Below, in pieces: positions 41,347-55,889 of a DNA stretch of 64,000 nt; positions within the stretch are counted from its first letter, which is position 1, and each line of letters opens with the position of its first letter. The position numbers were made by a program, and so were the translations under genes. The stretch is taken from positions 16,182,001 through 16,246,000 of the forward strand of contig OX597833.1 of the NCBI GenBank assembly GCA_951406725.2, written 5' to 3'. This DNA comes from Octopus vulgaris. Lineage: Eukaryota. The notes under the pieces were generated by a model. The model saw only the letters and a program-made list of their open reading frames with translations, was not told the DNA's origin and did no database searches.

Positions 41347-41750
41347 AGGCGCAGGAGTGGCTGTGTGGTAAGTAGCTTGCTAACCAACCACATGGTTCCG
41401 GGTTCAGTCCCACTGCGTGGTACCTTGGGCAAGTGTCTTCTGCTATAACCTCGGGCCGACCAAAGCCTTGTGAGTGGATTTGGTAGACGGAAACTGAAAG
41501 AAGCCTGTCGTATATATTTATATATATATATATATATGTATGTGTGTTTGTTTGTGTGTCTGTGTTTGTCCCCCTAGCATTGCTTGACAGCCGATGCTGG
41601 TGTGTTTACGTCCCCGTCACTTAGCGGTTCGGCAAAAGAGACCAATAGAATAAGTACTGGGCTTACAAAGAATAAGTCCCGGGGTCGATTTGCTCGACTA
41701 AAGGCGGTGCTCCAGCATGGCCGCAGTCAAATGACTGAAACAAGTAAAAG
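41347..41750 (+). mobile_element. SINE family 1, full copy
   Basis: Near identity to consensus. Confidence 0.88.
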
Positions 41751-42050
41751 ATATATATATATATATAAGGATTTAGGAAGTGTGTGTAGAATGTAAGCCA
41801 TTTGTTAGCTATAAGGAAAAACAAACTAATTAACCAGAGACGCCAGCGGAGTATCTAAAGTTACGCGTGTTTATAATGAGCATCTCTGTGTATCCATATG
41901 TGTATAACAGAACTAATTATTTGTTCTTATACATACGTTTGTATGTAAGTGGCAATGTATACATAAACGCTTATACAGAAATACACATATGCACTCGGCG
42001 CTCACATATATACACATGCATATATCAATATGCATGTACATGCATATACA

Positions 42051-42580
<530 letters not shown>

Positions 42581-42640
42581 TATATATATATATATATAAT
42601 TTATATATATATATACATATATATGTATATGCATATATAT

Positions 42641-43307
<667 letters not shown>

Positions 43308-43640
43308 TCAGATGAATATGGTACTTAAGTTAAAGGCACCAGAATTTGGTATGGTATTATCTATATAAATCCACTTAAACTGCCCCTTCTATCTATAAAT
43401 AGAAAACTTCTTGATTGTCTCCACTGAACTTAATAGGAAACCCCCTCCCATTGGTAAATCTAAATAACAAAGTGAACTCAGTGATAAAAAATTTGCCCAT
43501 GAGGAAAGATCTTCTACTACCATGTTCTTATTGATGAAATTCACCTCTCTGTCTATATACCTACCTTCTTTGTAATGATGGCAAATGGAATAAGTATAAA
43601 AATGATCATTGTCAATTAAAGTTTTTTTTTAAATTCCATA

Positions 43641-43728
43641 TGTGGCTGAAGAATCCTCTACATTTTGAACCTGATGTAATACTTACATTGTTTAATTAAA
43701 TGAAGTAGCATGAAACGATTGTACTACA
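43641..43728 (+). ncRNA. Type I hammerhead with canonical core and long imperfect stem II (family E)
   Basis: tgtgg-CTGAAGA-atcctctacattt...aaatgaagtagcat-GAAAC-gatt-GTA|ctaca. Confidence 0.55.
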
Positions 43729-43759
43729 CTACCTTTGGATATCCTTGTTGCTTATTTTG

Positions 43760-43801
<42 letters not shown>

Positions 43802-43809
43802 TATATATA

Positions 43810-43985
43810 GGGAGAATTCACAAAAAAAAAACAAAAGACGAAGACAGGTGGTGTAGACAACAAACAGAAAGTGAAAAAGTCTTTAACGTTTCGAGCCTAC
43901 GCTCTTCCACAGAAAGGAACACAGAAAGAAACAAGGAGGGAAAATAAAGAATGTGTATTGCCTAGCGATCTATCATGGCGAATGC
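43810..43985 (-). mobile_element. Diverged family B pLTR fragment with hammerhead motif (43881-43916)
   Basis: cttt-CTGTGGA-a-gagc(gtag)gctc-GAAAC-GTT|aaag on minus strand. Confidence 0.68.
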
Positions 43986-43987
43986 CT

Positions 43988-44313
43988 CAGCCATGCTGGA
44001 GCACCGCCTTTTAGTCGAACAAATCGATCCCCAGGACTTATTCTTTGTAAGCCTAGTACTTGTTCTATCGTTCTCTTTTGCTGAACCGCTAGGTTACGGG
44101 AACGTAAACACACCAACATCAGTTGTCAAACAAACATAGATACACAAACATAGACACACAAACATACACATATACATATATATGTGTTATACTAATTATC
44201 TTTTTTTAATAATTTTGATATATATTTAAAATAATATAAATTAATTAATCTTATGTATTGGCTTCAGTTTTTCATTGTATGATTTGCCTAATAGTGGTTT
44301 TATCTGTAATTTA

Positions 44314-44347
<34 letters not shown>

Positions 44348-44512
44348 CGACGGGCTTCTTTCTGTTTCCGTCTACCAAATCCACTCACAAGGCTTTGGTC
44401 GGCCCGAGGCTATAATAGAAGACACTTACCCAAGGTGCCACGCTTTTGGACTGAACCCGGAACCATGTGGTTGGTAAGCGAGCTACTTACCACACAGCCA
44501 CTCCTACGCCTA
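43988..44512 (-). mobile_element. SINE family 1 with AT-rich insert in its internal (TA)n
   Basis: Tail 43988-44150 and head 44345-44512. Confidence 0.8.
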
Positions 44513-44928
44513 CATATATAGTTGAAAGTTATTGAAAAACAAAAGACAAAGACAGGTGTACGAACAACAAGCAACTGTATTTGTTTGACGTTCGGGAAAA
44601 ATATGTACGTGAGTGGGGGCTATGTTTGTGTATACATATATACATGTGTGTGTATGTATGTGTATATATATATGCGTGTGCGTAAGTGTGCGTGTATGTG
44701 TGTGTGTACGTGTTTGTTTACATGTATTTGTCTATATGTTTATATGGTGTGTGATGTGTTCACACTCGTACACGTTTGATTGTAGTTAACTATATGTCTA
44801 CGTTTCTCGGTGAATGAATTGTACCCTCTCTCTCTCACTCTCTCTTTCTCTCTCACTCTCTCTCTCTTTCTCTCTCTTTCTCTTTCTTTCTCTCTCTCTT
44901 TCTTTCTTTCTCTCTCTCTCTCTCTCTT

Positions 44929-44984
<56 letters not shown>

Positions 44985-45173
44985 TCAGGCACTTACGTAT
45001 ATGATAAGATATCTGATTCGCGTTAAACACACTCATACACATAAGTATATACACACACACACAAATCAAGATACTCTCTTAGTGTGTCTCGTTAACATGT
45101 CTATTTGTATTTTCCCCATAGCGAACGACTTGCAATCTACCCCTACTCCATATATCTTCATATAGTGTGCCTG

Positions 45174-45220
<47 letters not shown>

Positions 45221-45304
45221 CACATATGCGTATATGTGTTTGTATATGTACCTGGATTTTATGCGTTTGTATGTTCTTATATGAGTGTATGTGCGTTGTA
45301 TGTG

Positions 45305-45341
<37 letters not shown>

Positions 45342-45396
45342 GTATCTATCTATGTATGTATATATATATATATATATACGTATCTATGTATGCATA

Positions 45397-45440
<44 letters not shown>

Positions 45441-45465
45441 ACGTATATAGTATGTCATATATATA

Positions 45466-45522
<57 letters not shown>

Positions 45523-45675
45523 TATATATATATTTATATGTATATGTCACACACACACACACATATATAGTTAATCCAAATAAGAAAACACAAAAAAAAC
45601 ACAACAACGCGAGGACGTGGAACAAATATATTATTATTGGACGCTCAGGAAAGAAGGAAAGATACATATATACAT

Positions 45676-45764
<89 letters not shown>

Positions 45765-46182
45765 AAGAAAGACATTGGCTTACAATCATATATGTATGTA
45801 TATATGTACTTATAATATGTACTTTCTGTGTGTGCGTGTGTTGTATCTGTATAGTATATCTATATCTGTGTATTCGTAATACACGCTTCTATATATTTTC
45901 ACATTTATGTTTATACTTCAGGTAAACAGAAACGTAAGATGCAAGATAAAACTCTCTGTACCAAGTCGATACTCTGATTAAACTTCATGACCTGTCTGTA
46001 GCCTAAAATACGTCGCCCACCTAAACAGCTTCAACGCATCGGTTTTACCGTTCCATCAGTGGTCATTATTCCTTCGTACGACTTACATAGAACCTAGAAT
46101 CAATTTATGAAAGAAAAACAAAGTAAAGATCCCATTAACATCTTCCAGACTGCAATTATGTCCATCTTTAATCTTAATGCAT

Positions 46183-46218
<36 letters not shown>

Positions 46219-46239
46219 TTTATAATAAAGCTAAGTCAT

Positions 46240-46515
46240 AGAAGCACGTCGTATATATGTATATATGTGTGTGTGTGTGTGTGTGTGTTTGTGTATGTGT
46301 GTGTTTGTCCCTCCCAACATCGCTTGACAACCGATGGTGGTGTGTTTACGTCCCCGTAACTTAGCTGTGTGGTAAAGTAGCTTGATTACCAACCACATGG
46401 TTCCGGGTTCAGTCCCACTGCGTGGTACATTGGGCAAGTGTCTTCTACTGTAGCCTCGGGCTGACCAAAACCTTGCGAGTGGATTTGGTAGATGGAAACT
46501 GAAAGAAGCCCGTCG

Positions 46516-46548
<33 letters not shown>

Positions 46549-46765
46549 ATGTGTTTGTCCCCCCAACATCGCTTGACAACCGATGCTGGTGTGTTTACGT
46601 CCCCGTAACTTAGCGGTTCGGCAAAAGAGACCGATGGAATAAGTACTAGGCTTACAAAGAATAAGTCCTGGGGGGGGGGGGGGTCGATGTGTTCGACTAA
46701 AGGCGGTGCTCTAGCATGGCCACAGTCAAATGACTGCAACAAGTAAAAAGAAAAAGAGAAAAAGA
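46240..46765 (+). mobile_element. SINE family 1, partial plus near-full copy
   Basis: Similarity to consensus. Confidence 0.82.
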
Positions 46766-47365
46766 GAAAAGGAATGAAATAGTTCCACCTTTCGGGCGAA
46801 GGACCCCCCGGGTCCTATTTTATATATGAATGGCGGTGCCCCAGCATGGCCACAGCTCGTGAGCTGAAATTAGATAAAATAAAATAATATGATTACCACT
46901 AAATAGAAACTGCAAGAAGTTCGTCTAAGATAAAAACAAATTTTATATGTAAAACCTTTGTAACTTCTTCCTATTCTTTAATTACAAATACAAGCTTCCA
47001 ATCCCGCCTCACACTATGAAGAGAAAGTTAACTCCCCTTTTTTACGAATATTCAGAGGACACCATAAGTGCAGTTAGTAAAGTATAGTATTTTATTGTCT
47101 CTACAAACATGGATGACGCAAAATCGGTCTTTTTTAAGAGGCATTTGATGGAAATGAGAATTTACTTAAATCACATTTCTAATCGTCGTACTGGAGATAC
47201 AAACGAAAAGGGAGATGAGGAAAGCTTCTAACCCTTCTATATTTCAGGAACAAAGGCCCATCTTCAGAAGGATACAGTTAAAGAAATATGAATGTATGTA
47301 GACCCTGCCATTTATATTGCTGAATGGCAGGATCTACTGCTGATATACAAAAAAGGAAAGACCTT

Positions 47366-47745
47366 AGGCGGCGAGCTGGCAGAGACGTTAGCACACTGGG
47401 CGAAATGCTTAGCGGTATTTCATCTGCCGTTACATTCTGAGTTCAAATTTCGCCGAGGTCAACTTTGCCTTTCATCCTTTCGGGTTTGATAAATTAAGTA
47501 CCAGTTACGCACTGGGGTCGATGTAATCTACTTAATACCTTTTTGTTTCCTCTATGTTTAGCACCTTGTGGGTAGTAAAGAAATAGGTATTTCGTCTGCC
47601 GCTACGTTCTGAGTTCAAATTCCGCCTAGGTTGACTTTGCCTTTCATCCTTTCGGGGTCGCACTAGAGTTAATTACATCGACTTAATCCCTTTGTCCTTG
47701 TTTGTCCCTTCTATGTTTATCCCCTTGTGGGCAATAAAGAAATAA
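47366..47745 (+). mobile_element. Nin-domain SINE dimer
   Basis: One head, two bodies. Confidence 0.82.
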
Positions 47746-48023
47746 AAAAGGCGGACCATTTTAGTTCTATCCGAATGTGTCTATAACTAGCTGCAAGTAA
47801 TTATTCCCTGTATAGTCCTGGAAATGTTGAACTTATTTCCTCTTCACACAGTGTCACAAAATTCATCTACGCTTTCATTGCGCCGCCCAATATTCCTGAA
47901 AAGGTCATGGAGTCCTCAGGCACTCTGTCAAAGGCAATTGTCATGAAACTTTACCCATGGATTCCCAAATATGGCCAACTAACACTATGGATGTTATCAA
48001 CCATCTCACTCACGGTCTACCTT

Positions 48024-48256
48024 AGGCGGTGAGCTAGCAGAATCGTTAGCCCGCCGGGCGAAAATGCGTAGCCGTATTTCGTCTGCCGTTACGTTCTGAG
48101 TTCAAATTCCGCCGAGGTCGACTTTGCCTTTCATCCTTTCGGGGTCAATATATTAAGTACCAGTTACGCACTGGGGTCGATATAATCGACTTAATCCGTT
48201 TGTCTGTCCTTGTTTGTCCCCTCTGTGTTTAGCCCCTTGTGGGTAGTAAAGAAATA
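48024..48256 (+). mobile_element. Nin-domain SINE with 10 bp TSD
   Basis: TSD ggtctacctt at 48014-48023 and 48257-48266. Confidence 0.88.
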
Positions 48257-48351
48257 GGTCTACCTTGGGTCTTCTGTAGGTTGAGTCGACTTGAAGCTTT
48301 GCCTGACCATTCCATCCTTTCCTGTAGCATTCTAACTTCATGTTCATAATA

Positions 48352-48613
48352 ATAAATTAATAAATGCGCCCTTTTAAAGCCTAACCAGGCTCATGGGCCC
48401 GGTTTCCCGGTTTCTGTGGTGTATATGCTCCCCAGCTGGACGGGACGCCAGTCTATCGCAGCGTTACTCATTTTTTGCCAGCTGAGTGGACTGGAGCAAC
48501 GTGAAATGAAGTGTTTTGCTCAAGAACACAACGTGTCGCCCGGTCCAGGAATCGAAACCACAATCTTACGATCATGAAGCTGACACCCTAACCACCAAGC
48601 CACGCACCTCCAC
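48352..48613 (-). mobile_element. V-SINE-like tRNA-derived SINE with 13 bp TSD
   Basis: A/B boxes, ttgtgttcttgagcaaaacactt and ctgcgatagactggcgtcccgtccag motifs; TSD catgttcataata at 48339-48351 and 48614-48626. Confidence 0.8.
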
Positions 48614-48901
48614 CATGTTCATAATACGTGTCTCAAAACCAGTTTCATTAAAATGCACGCCCACTGGCCAACTTAAATTATATGATGATTCTCTTATTTA
48701 CTTAATTACTTAAATCAAGTTTCGAATGATTGCATTGTTATGCAAATTAAGGTCGACCAATGTAGTTCTCTCCGAAATTTTGTTGATTATAATTAGCATT
48801 ACATTAATATTCTGAATTTATCTGAATTTATTATTAGCATAAATAAGTGGACAGAACAATGTAGTTGCTTTCTAGTTCATGAACAAAATAAGTGACGTTG
48901 A

Positions 48902-49722
48902 ATGAGGCGGCTGGCAGAGACGTTAGCACGCCGGACGAAATGCTTAGCAGTATTTCGTCTGTCGTTACGTTCCGAGTTCAAATTCCGCCGAGGTCGACTT
49001 TGCCTTTCATCCTTTCGCTGTCGATAAATTAAGTACCAGTTACGTACTGGGATCGATGTAATCGATTTAGTCCCTTTGTCTGTCTTTGTTTGTCCCCTCT
49101 GTGTTTAGCCCCTTGTGGGTAATAAAGAAATAAGTATTTCGTCTGTCGCTACGTTCTGAGTTCAAATTCCGCCGAGGTCGACTTTGCCTTTCATCCTTTC
49201 GCTGTCGATAAATTAAGTACCAGTTACGTACTGGGGTCGATGTAATCGATTTAGTCCCTTTGTCTGTCTTTGTTTGTCCCCTCTGTGTTTAGCCCCTTGT
49301 AGGTAATAAAGAAATAAGTATTTCGTCTGTCGCTACGTTCTGAGTTCAAATTCTGCCGAGGTCGACTTTACTTTTCATCCTTTCGAGGTCGATTAAATAA
49401 GTACCACTTATGCAATGGGGTCGATATAATCCGACTTAATCCGTTTGTCTGTCCTTGTTTGTTCCCTCTGTGTTTAGCCCCTTGAGGGCAATAAAAAAGT
49501 AAATAACGTTAGCACGCTGAGCGAAATGCGTAACCGTATTTCGTCTGCCGTTACGTTCTGAGTTCAAATTCCGCCGAGGTCGACTTTGCCTTTCATCCTT
49601 TCGGGGTCGGTCGATTAAATAAGTACCAGTTACATACTGGGGTCGATGTAATCGATTTAGTCCCTTTGTCTGTCCTTGTTTGTCCCCTCTATGTTTAGCC
49701 CCTTGTGAGCAATTAAGAATTG
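48902..49722 (+). mobile_element. Nin-domain SINE tetramer inside one TSD
   Basis: Four ~190-210 bp units; aataagt(g/a)acgttga at 48887-48901 and 49723-49737. Confidence 0.85.
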
Positions 49723-49919
49723 AATAAGTAACGTTGAGCTATTACATCATTTGTGACCAGAAAAACGACTAAACAATCACTGATGAAGCAGTAAATAGCT
49801 ACGGAATCTAGTCAACTCGATCCTTTTTTCTAACTTCACAGTAAAAAACATCTCGCTTAAACATAATGTCTGTTGTTTACAGTCCACCAAAATATGAAGC
49901 GTTACTTAAACACACTCTA

Positions 49920-50220
49920 AAAAGTTTATCTTAGACCATTCTTTACGTATTGACATGTCTTATAGTCGAGGGAAAAGAATAGAATATTCTCACAATGATA
50001 AATATGGCATCCAATAAAACATTATTGCTTTACCTAAAGTGTATACACAGTGTCCACATTGTATGAACACTGTATTCACTATGTATTCACTATATACACA
50101 TAATGTGGTCAGTTGAATGTATCAACACACACGGGACATTTGTTGCAAATTGCAAATTTATAAAAGTCGTTCCAAGGGAATACGTATAAAATTGTGAATT
50201 GAAGTCTTACATTAGAAAAT
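49920..50220 (+). repeat. Second copy of unclassified ~290 bp repeat
   Basis: Homologous to 30815-31110. Confidence 0.75.
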
Positions 50221-50592
50221 TAAAATGGCTACGGATGCAGACATGCGCACATTTATCCACATAGGATAGACACACGCACGCACACATGCATACACATACA
50301 TACACACTCAGGTACATGCAAATATATATGTTGCTTCATCTTGTTTCGGTCGTTGAAATGCGGCCATGATGGAGCGCCGACATGAACAGGTTTTACACGA
50401 GTACTTATCCTTTTAATTCTACTATTTATTCTATCGGTCTCTTTACTCGGACTGCTGGTTCACGAGGATGCAAACAACACAACACCGCTTGTCAAGCGCT
50501 CGAGTCCAGTTAAACGCAATCGTAAACACTCACTCATACATTCATATATACATACACATATATACATATATGTATATATGTATGTGTAAATA

Positions 50593-50751
<159 letters not shown>

Positions 50752-50756
50752 TATAT

Positions 50757-51175
50757 ATACAAAATAAGAAAATGGAGAAACACATCTTAATCAATGATCA
50801 ACTACCAGATAATACCCAATCACATAATTTATTAAACCACTACATATGAACATTAAGGTCAAACATAATAATATAGAACAAAACAATGTACATGAAAGAG
50901 TAATATGATACAATAAGTACAGTATGTATAAGTGAATATAAATAAATACAAATATAAATATAAACATATTGATTAAGATGTGTTTCTCCATTTTCTTATT
51001 TTGTATTATTAATTTGTGGTAAAACATTTTACCTTTGCCCATATAATACAGTAAATGAATTAATTGCATCGCAATTCTTAACATTTATGTATTAACTTTG
51101 TTGGGTGCTTTACTAGCAGTATATTGGATATATGTTATCCCATGGTGGGTTGCATTTACAACCCCTATCTCAATT

Positions 51176-51178
<3 letters not shown>
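50757..51178. repeat. (TA)n-embedded element with 39 bp inverted repeat
   Basis: 50757-50795 is the reverse complement of 50968-51006; homologue at 19125-19375. Confidence 0.7.
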
Positions 51179-51271
<93 letters not shown>

Positions 51272-51342
51272 AAAAGAAATAAGTGTTGCTTGGAAACAAA
51301 CATACCAAAGAAGCCACAACTTCCAAACACATTTACCCTATG

Positions 51343-51468
51343 AAGTTCTATATTTAAGAGATGAGGAATTGTGCACATTATTTACATTATTTACATTCGA
51401 TGGGCATATGGCGCAGTGGTTAAGAGCGCGGGCTACAAACCATTCCAAGCAGTGACCTGAAGAATAGC

Positions 51469-51524
<56 letters not shown>

Positions 51525-51673
51525 CAACAACATCGGAAAAATACCTTAGGAATGAGAACCCAGGTTCGAAATTTCCCCAAGACACCTGAAGAAGGCTGGA
51601 CGGTATATTAGCAGAAATGTTGTGTTAACAAGAAACAAGATGAGGACAAATATCCGTCGAATGTACATAATGT
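51343..51673 (+). mobile_element. Family A element: inverted 3' piece + tRNA-like head + (AAT)n + hammerhead module (51581-51626)
   Basis: Head gggcatatggcgcagtggttaagagcgcgggct at 51402; core CTGAAGA...GAAAT-GTT|gtgtt; candidate TSD acattta(c/a)cctatg at 51329-51342 and 51674-51687. Confidence 0.72.
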
Positions 51674-51731
51674 ACATTTAACCTATGTGCAACACCATCG
51701 GTAAATATATACACACACATATATACATATA

Positions 51732-51897
51732 TACGACGGGCTTCTTTCAGTTTCCGTCTACCATATCCGCTGACAAGGCATTGGTCTGCCCTAGGCTATA
51801 GTAGAAGACACTTGCCCAAGGTACCACGCAGTGGGACTGAACCCGGAACCTTGTGGTTGGTAAGCAAGCTACTTACCACACAGTCACTCCTACGCCT
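51732..51897 (-). mobile_element. SINE family 1, 5' half
   Basis: Reverse complement of head. Confidence 0.8.
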
Positions 51898-51945
51898 ATA
51901 TATATATACACGCACGCGCATATATACACACACACATATATATAT

Positions 51946-51996
<51 letters not shown>

Positions 51997-52014
51997 CATA
52001 TATCCATATATATG

Positions 52015-52052
<38 letters not shown>

Positions 52053-52644
52053 GATATATTTGCATACCTGTGTGCGCAGTAACAGAGTTGCATACATGTA
52101 TATATATACGTGCATGCGATCACATGTATATAAATATAACTGTATGCGTGTATGTATGGACACCTGTATGTGTTCGTGTATGTATGGATATCTACGTATG
52201 CCTGTGTATGTTATTTCGTTTAAGGTTATTTCTACAGATATTTAATAGAAATTATCGCCTCCACTGATTTATAACACTTCGTATACATTTATAACATTTC
52301 GTATCCGAGTTGTCAGATACAAAGAAACAATAAGATCGAAGATGAAAAATGGCTAATGGACGTATGCCATATTTCGGTGGTATTAACTAATAAAAACATT
52401 TAATATACTTTATAGTTTATTAATGGTTGCATAACGAAATCCTACGTTCACACAAATCATTAGTTTGTGTATGTGTGTGTGTAGATGGCTGTGTGTGTGT
52501 GTGTGTAAGAAGAAATACATTTTTGTAGAAAGAAAAGTTTATTTATTTCCTGGAGATATGAAGTAAGCATAAAAGGTAGATGGTGGTAAACTGGAGAATA
52601 CAATCTGTTTATAAAAAGGAAGAAGAAGGTCAGTACAAATGTAT

Positions 52645-52995
<351 letters not shown>

Positions 52996-53684
52996 GACAC
53001 GTACATACACAGAAAGAATGTCTGCTCACAAAGACACAAACTATAAAATATCACCAAGAACCACCAACGATTCACACATTGCCACACACTGTCACACTTG
53101 AACACACACACACACATACATGTCATTATACAGGCACACACACGCTCGTGCGTACATGTGCTCACACGTACACTCGGTCACACGCATCTTAAAATGTATG
53201 AATTCAGTAGCAAAAGTATGGCGATAAAGAGACAGAATAGGAGTAACGAAGGCATGTTATGGTGAGGTCACGAATGACAAAAGAAAAGACTTACAAACCA
53301 GCATTTAGAAGCGAAGCAGACAATTTCCTGAATCAGAGAGAAACCGTTCCGCATACGACTGGAAAAGGAAGTCAAAGTTTGCTGCAAAAAGCCATCGTTC
53401 AACGAGAACTGGGGAGAAGAACTGTTGTAGATCAACAACGAAAAACACACGAGAATAAATAAAAGTAATATACGAGGTGATAAGAAAAAAGGATAACTGG
53501 AAGATGATAAAAATAAATATTTTACAGGAAAACAAAAGAGAAATACATTAACAGACACATCACCTCGGGTATTTCTGATAGCTAACAGTAGTTACATATC
53601 TACGTATATAAGAGATTTATTTGTGTGCGAGCTTGTGTATACATACGCATACATAAGTTAATATATCTGCCTACATGTATACAT

Positions 53685-53689
53685 AAATG

Positions 53690-53763
<74 letters not shown>

Positions 53764-53885
53764 CATATATATATATACATATATATATACATATATATAT
53801 ATAAATATATATATACGTATATATGTATGTGTATTTATATATATGTGTATATATATATATATATACGTATAAATATATGTATATA

Positions 53886-53933
<48 letters not shown>

Positions 53934-53942
53934 GTATATATG

Positions 53943-53991
<49 letters not shown>

Positions 53992-54021
53992 GTATATATG
54001 TATGTGTATATATATATTGTA

Positions 54022-54105
<84 letters not shown>
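53685..54105. repeat. (TA)n-rich microsatellite
   Basis: Directly visible. Confidence 0.95.
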
Positions 54106-54108
<3 letters not shown>

Positions 54109-54478
54109 GCAATATGTATGAACGTATTAGGAAAATCAATGGTGCTGCAGACAAAACAAAATTATATGTTACAAAAAGAAATATATATGTTACTTAGATA
54201 ATTTTTATGTTACTGCTCAATAAATTGCCAAAACAAGATTGGATGCCGCCACAATACATTGATAAATATTTACAATGGAAACCAAAATCACATATTACAA
54301 GAACTGAGGACCAGGATTCGTCTCGGAACATTTTTTTTTTTTGCGGTTTAACAATAAGAAATAACAATCTAAGCTAGGAAGCAAACGGAATGATTTTAAA
54401 GGAACATATGCACGCAAATGTTCATACACACATACAGAGTCAAGGCCCACGATTTGAAGAAGCATTTGAAACCATAGA

Positions 54479-54769
54479 ATAATAAAAAGCAAGAGACAAC
54501 CTAAATCCTTAAGTAAATTACTCACCAATGCAAAATTACCCACCACAAGCCTAACACCAACCGTCAGAAAATGTGATAGCTCTAATTACGGGGCTTGCAT
54601 TCAACTCATTGACGGTACAACGTATATATTTCAATCGGGATACACTTTTGTCGTAAAAAATAACTTCACCTGCATATCAAAAAATTTACTTTATGTCATT
54701 AAGTGTAAAGGGTGCCACAAAGATTACGTAGGGCAAACTAGCCTTACCCTCAGAGACAGAATGACCGCA
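54479..54769 (+). pseudogene. Penelope-like (Neptune-type) linker + GIY-YIG endonuclease fragment, absent from the ORF track
   Basis: Manual translation IIKSKRQPKSLSKLLTNAK...RKCDSSNYGAC...NFTCISKNLLYVIKCKGCHKDYVGQTSLTLRDRM. Confidence 0.85.
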
Positions 54770-54978
54770 AACAATTGCAGGGCCATGTAGTCGGAGTGAA
54801 CCCGGAACAATGCGGTTGGGAGGCAAGATTTTTACCACACAGCCAGTCCTGCGCCTATGTACCTATATACATATATATATTACAGGAAGGTTTACGAAAA
54901 TAAACAAAAGACGAAGGCAGGTGGAATACAAACAAACAATTGTATAAGTATGGCGCTCAGGAATATAAATAAAACAAG

Positions 54979-55016
54979 TCTTTTACGTTTCGAGCCTACG
55001 CTCTTCGACAGAAAGA
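54979..55016 (-). ncRNA. Minimal type I hammerhead, variant core CUGUCGA (family B)
   Basis: tcttt-CTGTCGA-a-gagc(gtag)gctc-GAAAC-GTA|aaaga; palindromic ACGU stem III. Confidence 0.68.
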
Positions 55017-55889
55017 TACACAGAAAAGAAACAAGGAGAGAAACAAGGAGAGAAAAAAATTGCGTGTAGGGGCTAACGATCCAACATGGCGTTCTGATTT
55101 CAGGAGAAGTCAGAGACCGGAGGTCAAACGATAGAGGTCAGGCGTTAGACGCTAGAGGGATAGTAGGGGAGATAACAGGGTCAAGTGACCTCGCCCCAAC
55201 ATGAAGGTGCGTGTGTGTATAAGAGAATATGTATGTGCATGTGAAAGAGGGCTGGTGGTCTGGACGTGTGTATGTATGTATGATGTGATGTGTAATGTCG
55301 TATGGTGTAGTGTAGTGTGGTGTGATGTTGTGGGGAGTTGGGGGACGAGAGTGGGGAAAGCCCATGTGGGGTGTGGGTTCGGAAAGGGGTTAGGGTAGAG
55401 TGGGGTAGTGGGGAGAGTGATAGGGGGAGAGAAGAGAGAGGAGGGAGGGGAGAGAGGATATGAGGAGGAGAGGAGAAGGAAGGAGAGGAGAAGGAAGGGG
55501 AAGGGGAGGGGAAAGAAGGGGAGAGGGAGAGGAGGAAGAAGGGAGAGGAGGATGAAGGGAGAGGAGGATGAAGGGAGAGGAGGAAGAGGATGGGAAAGGA
55601 GGGGAGAGGGAGAGGAGGGGGAGGGGGAAGAGAGGAGGGGAGGGGAGGGGGAGGGGGGGGGGAGAGAGGAGGGGAGGGGAAGAGAGGGGGAGGGGAGGAG
55701 GGGAGGGGAAAGAAGGCGAGTGAGGGAGTAGAGAGAAAGAGAGAGGGGGAAGAGGGAAGAAGAAAGAAGAAAGAAGAAGAGGGAAGAAAGGAAAGGAAGG
55801 AAGAGGAGGGAAAGAGAGTAGGGGTGAAAAGATGAAGGACTGAAGAGAAGTAGGAGTCGGGGGGAGGTTAGATGAAAAAAAAGGGGGTG

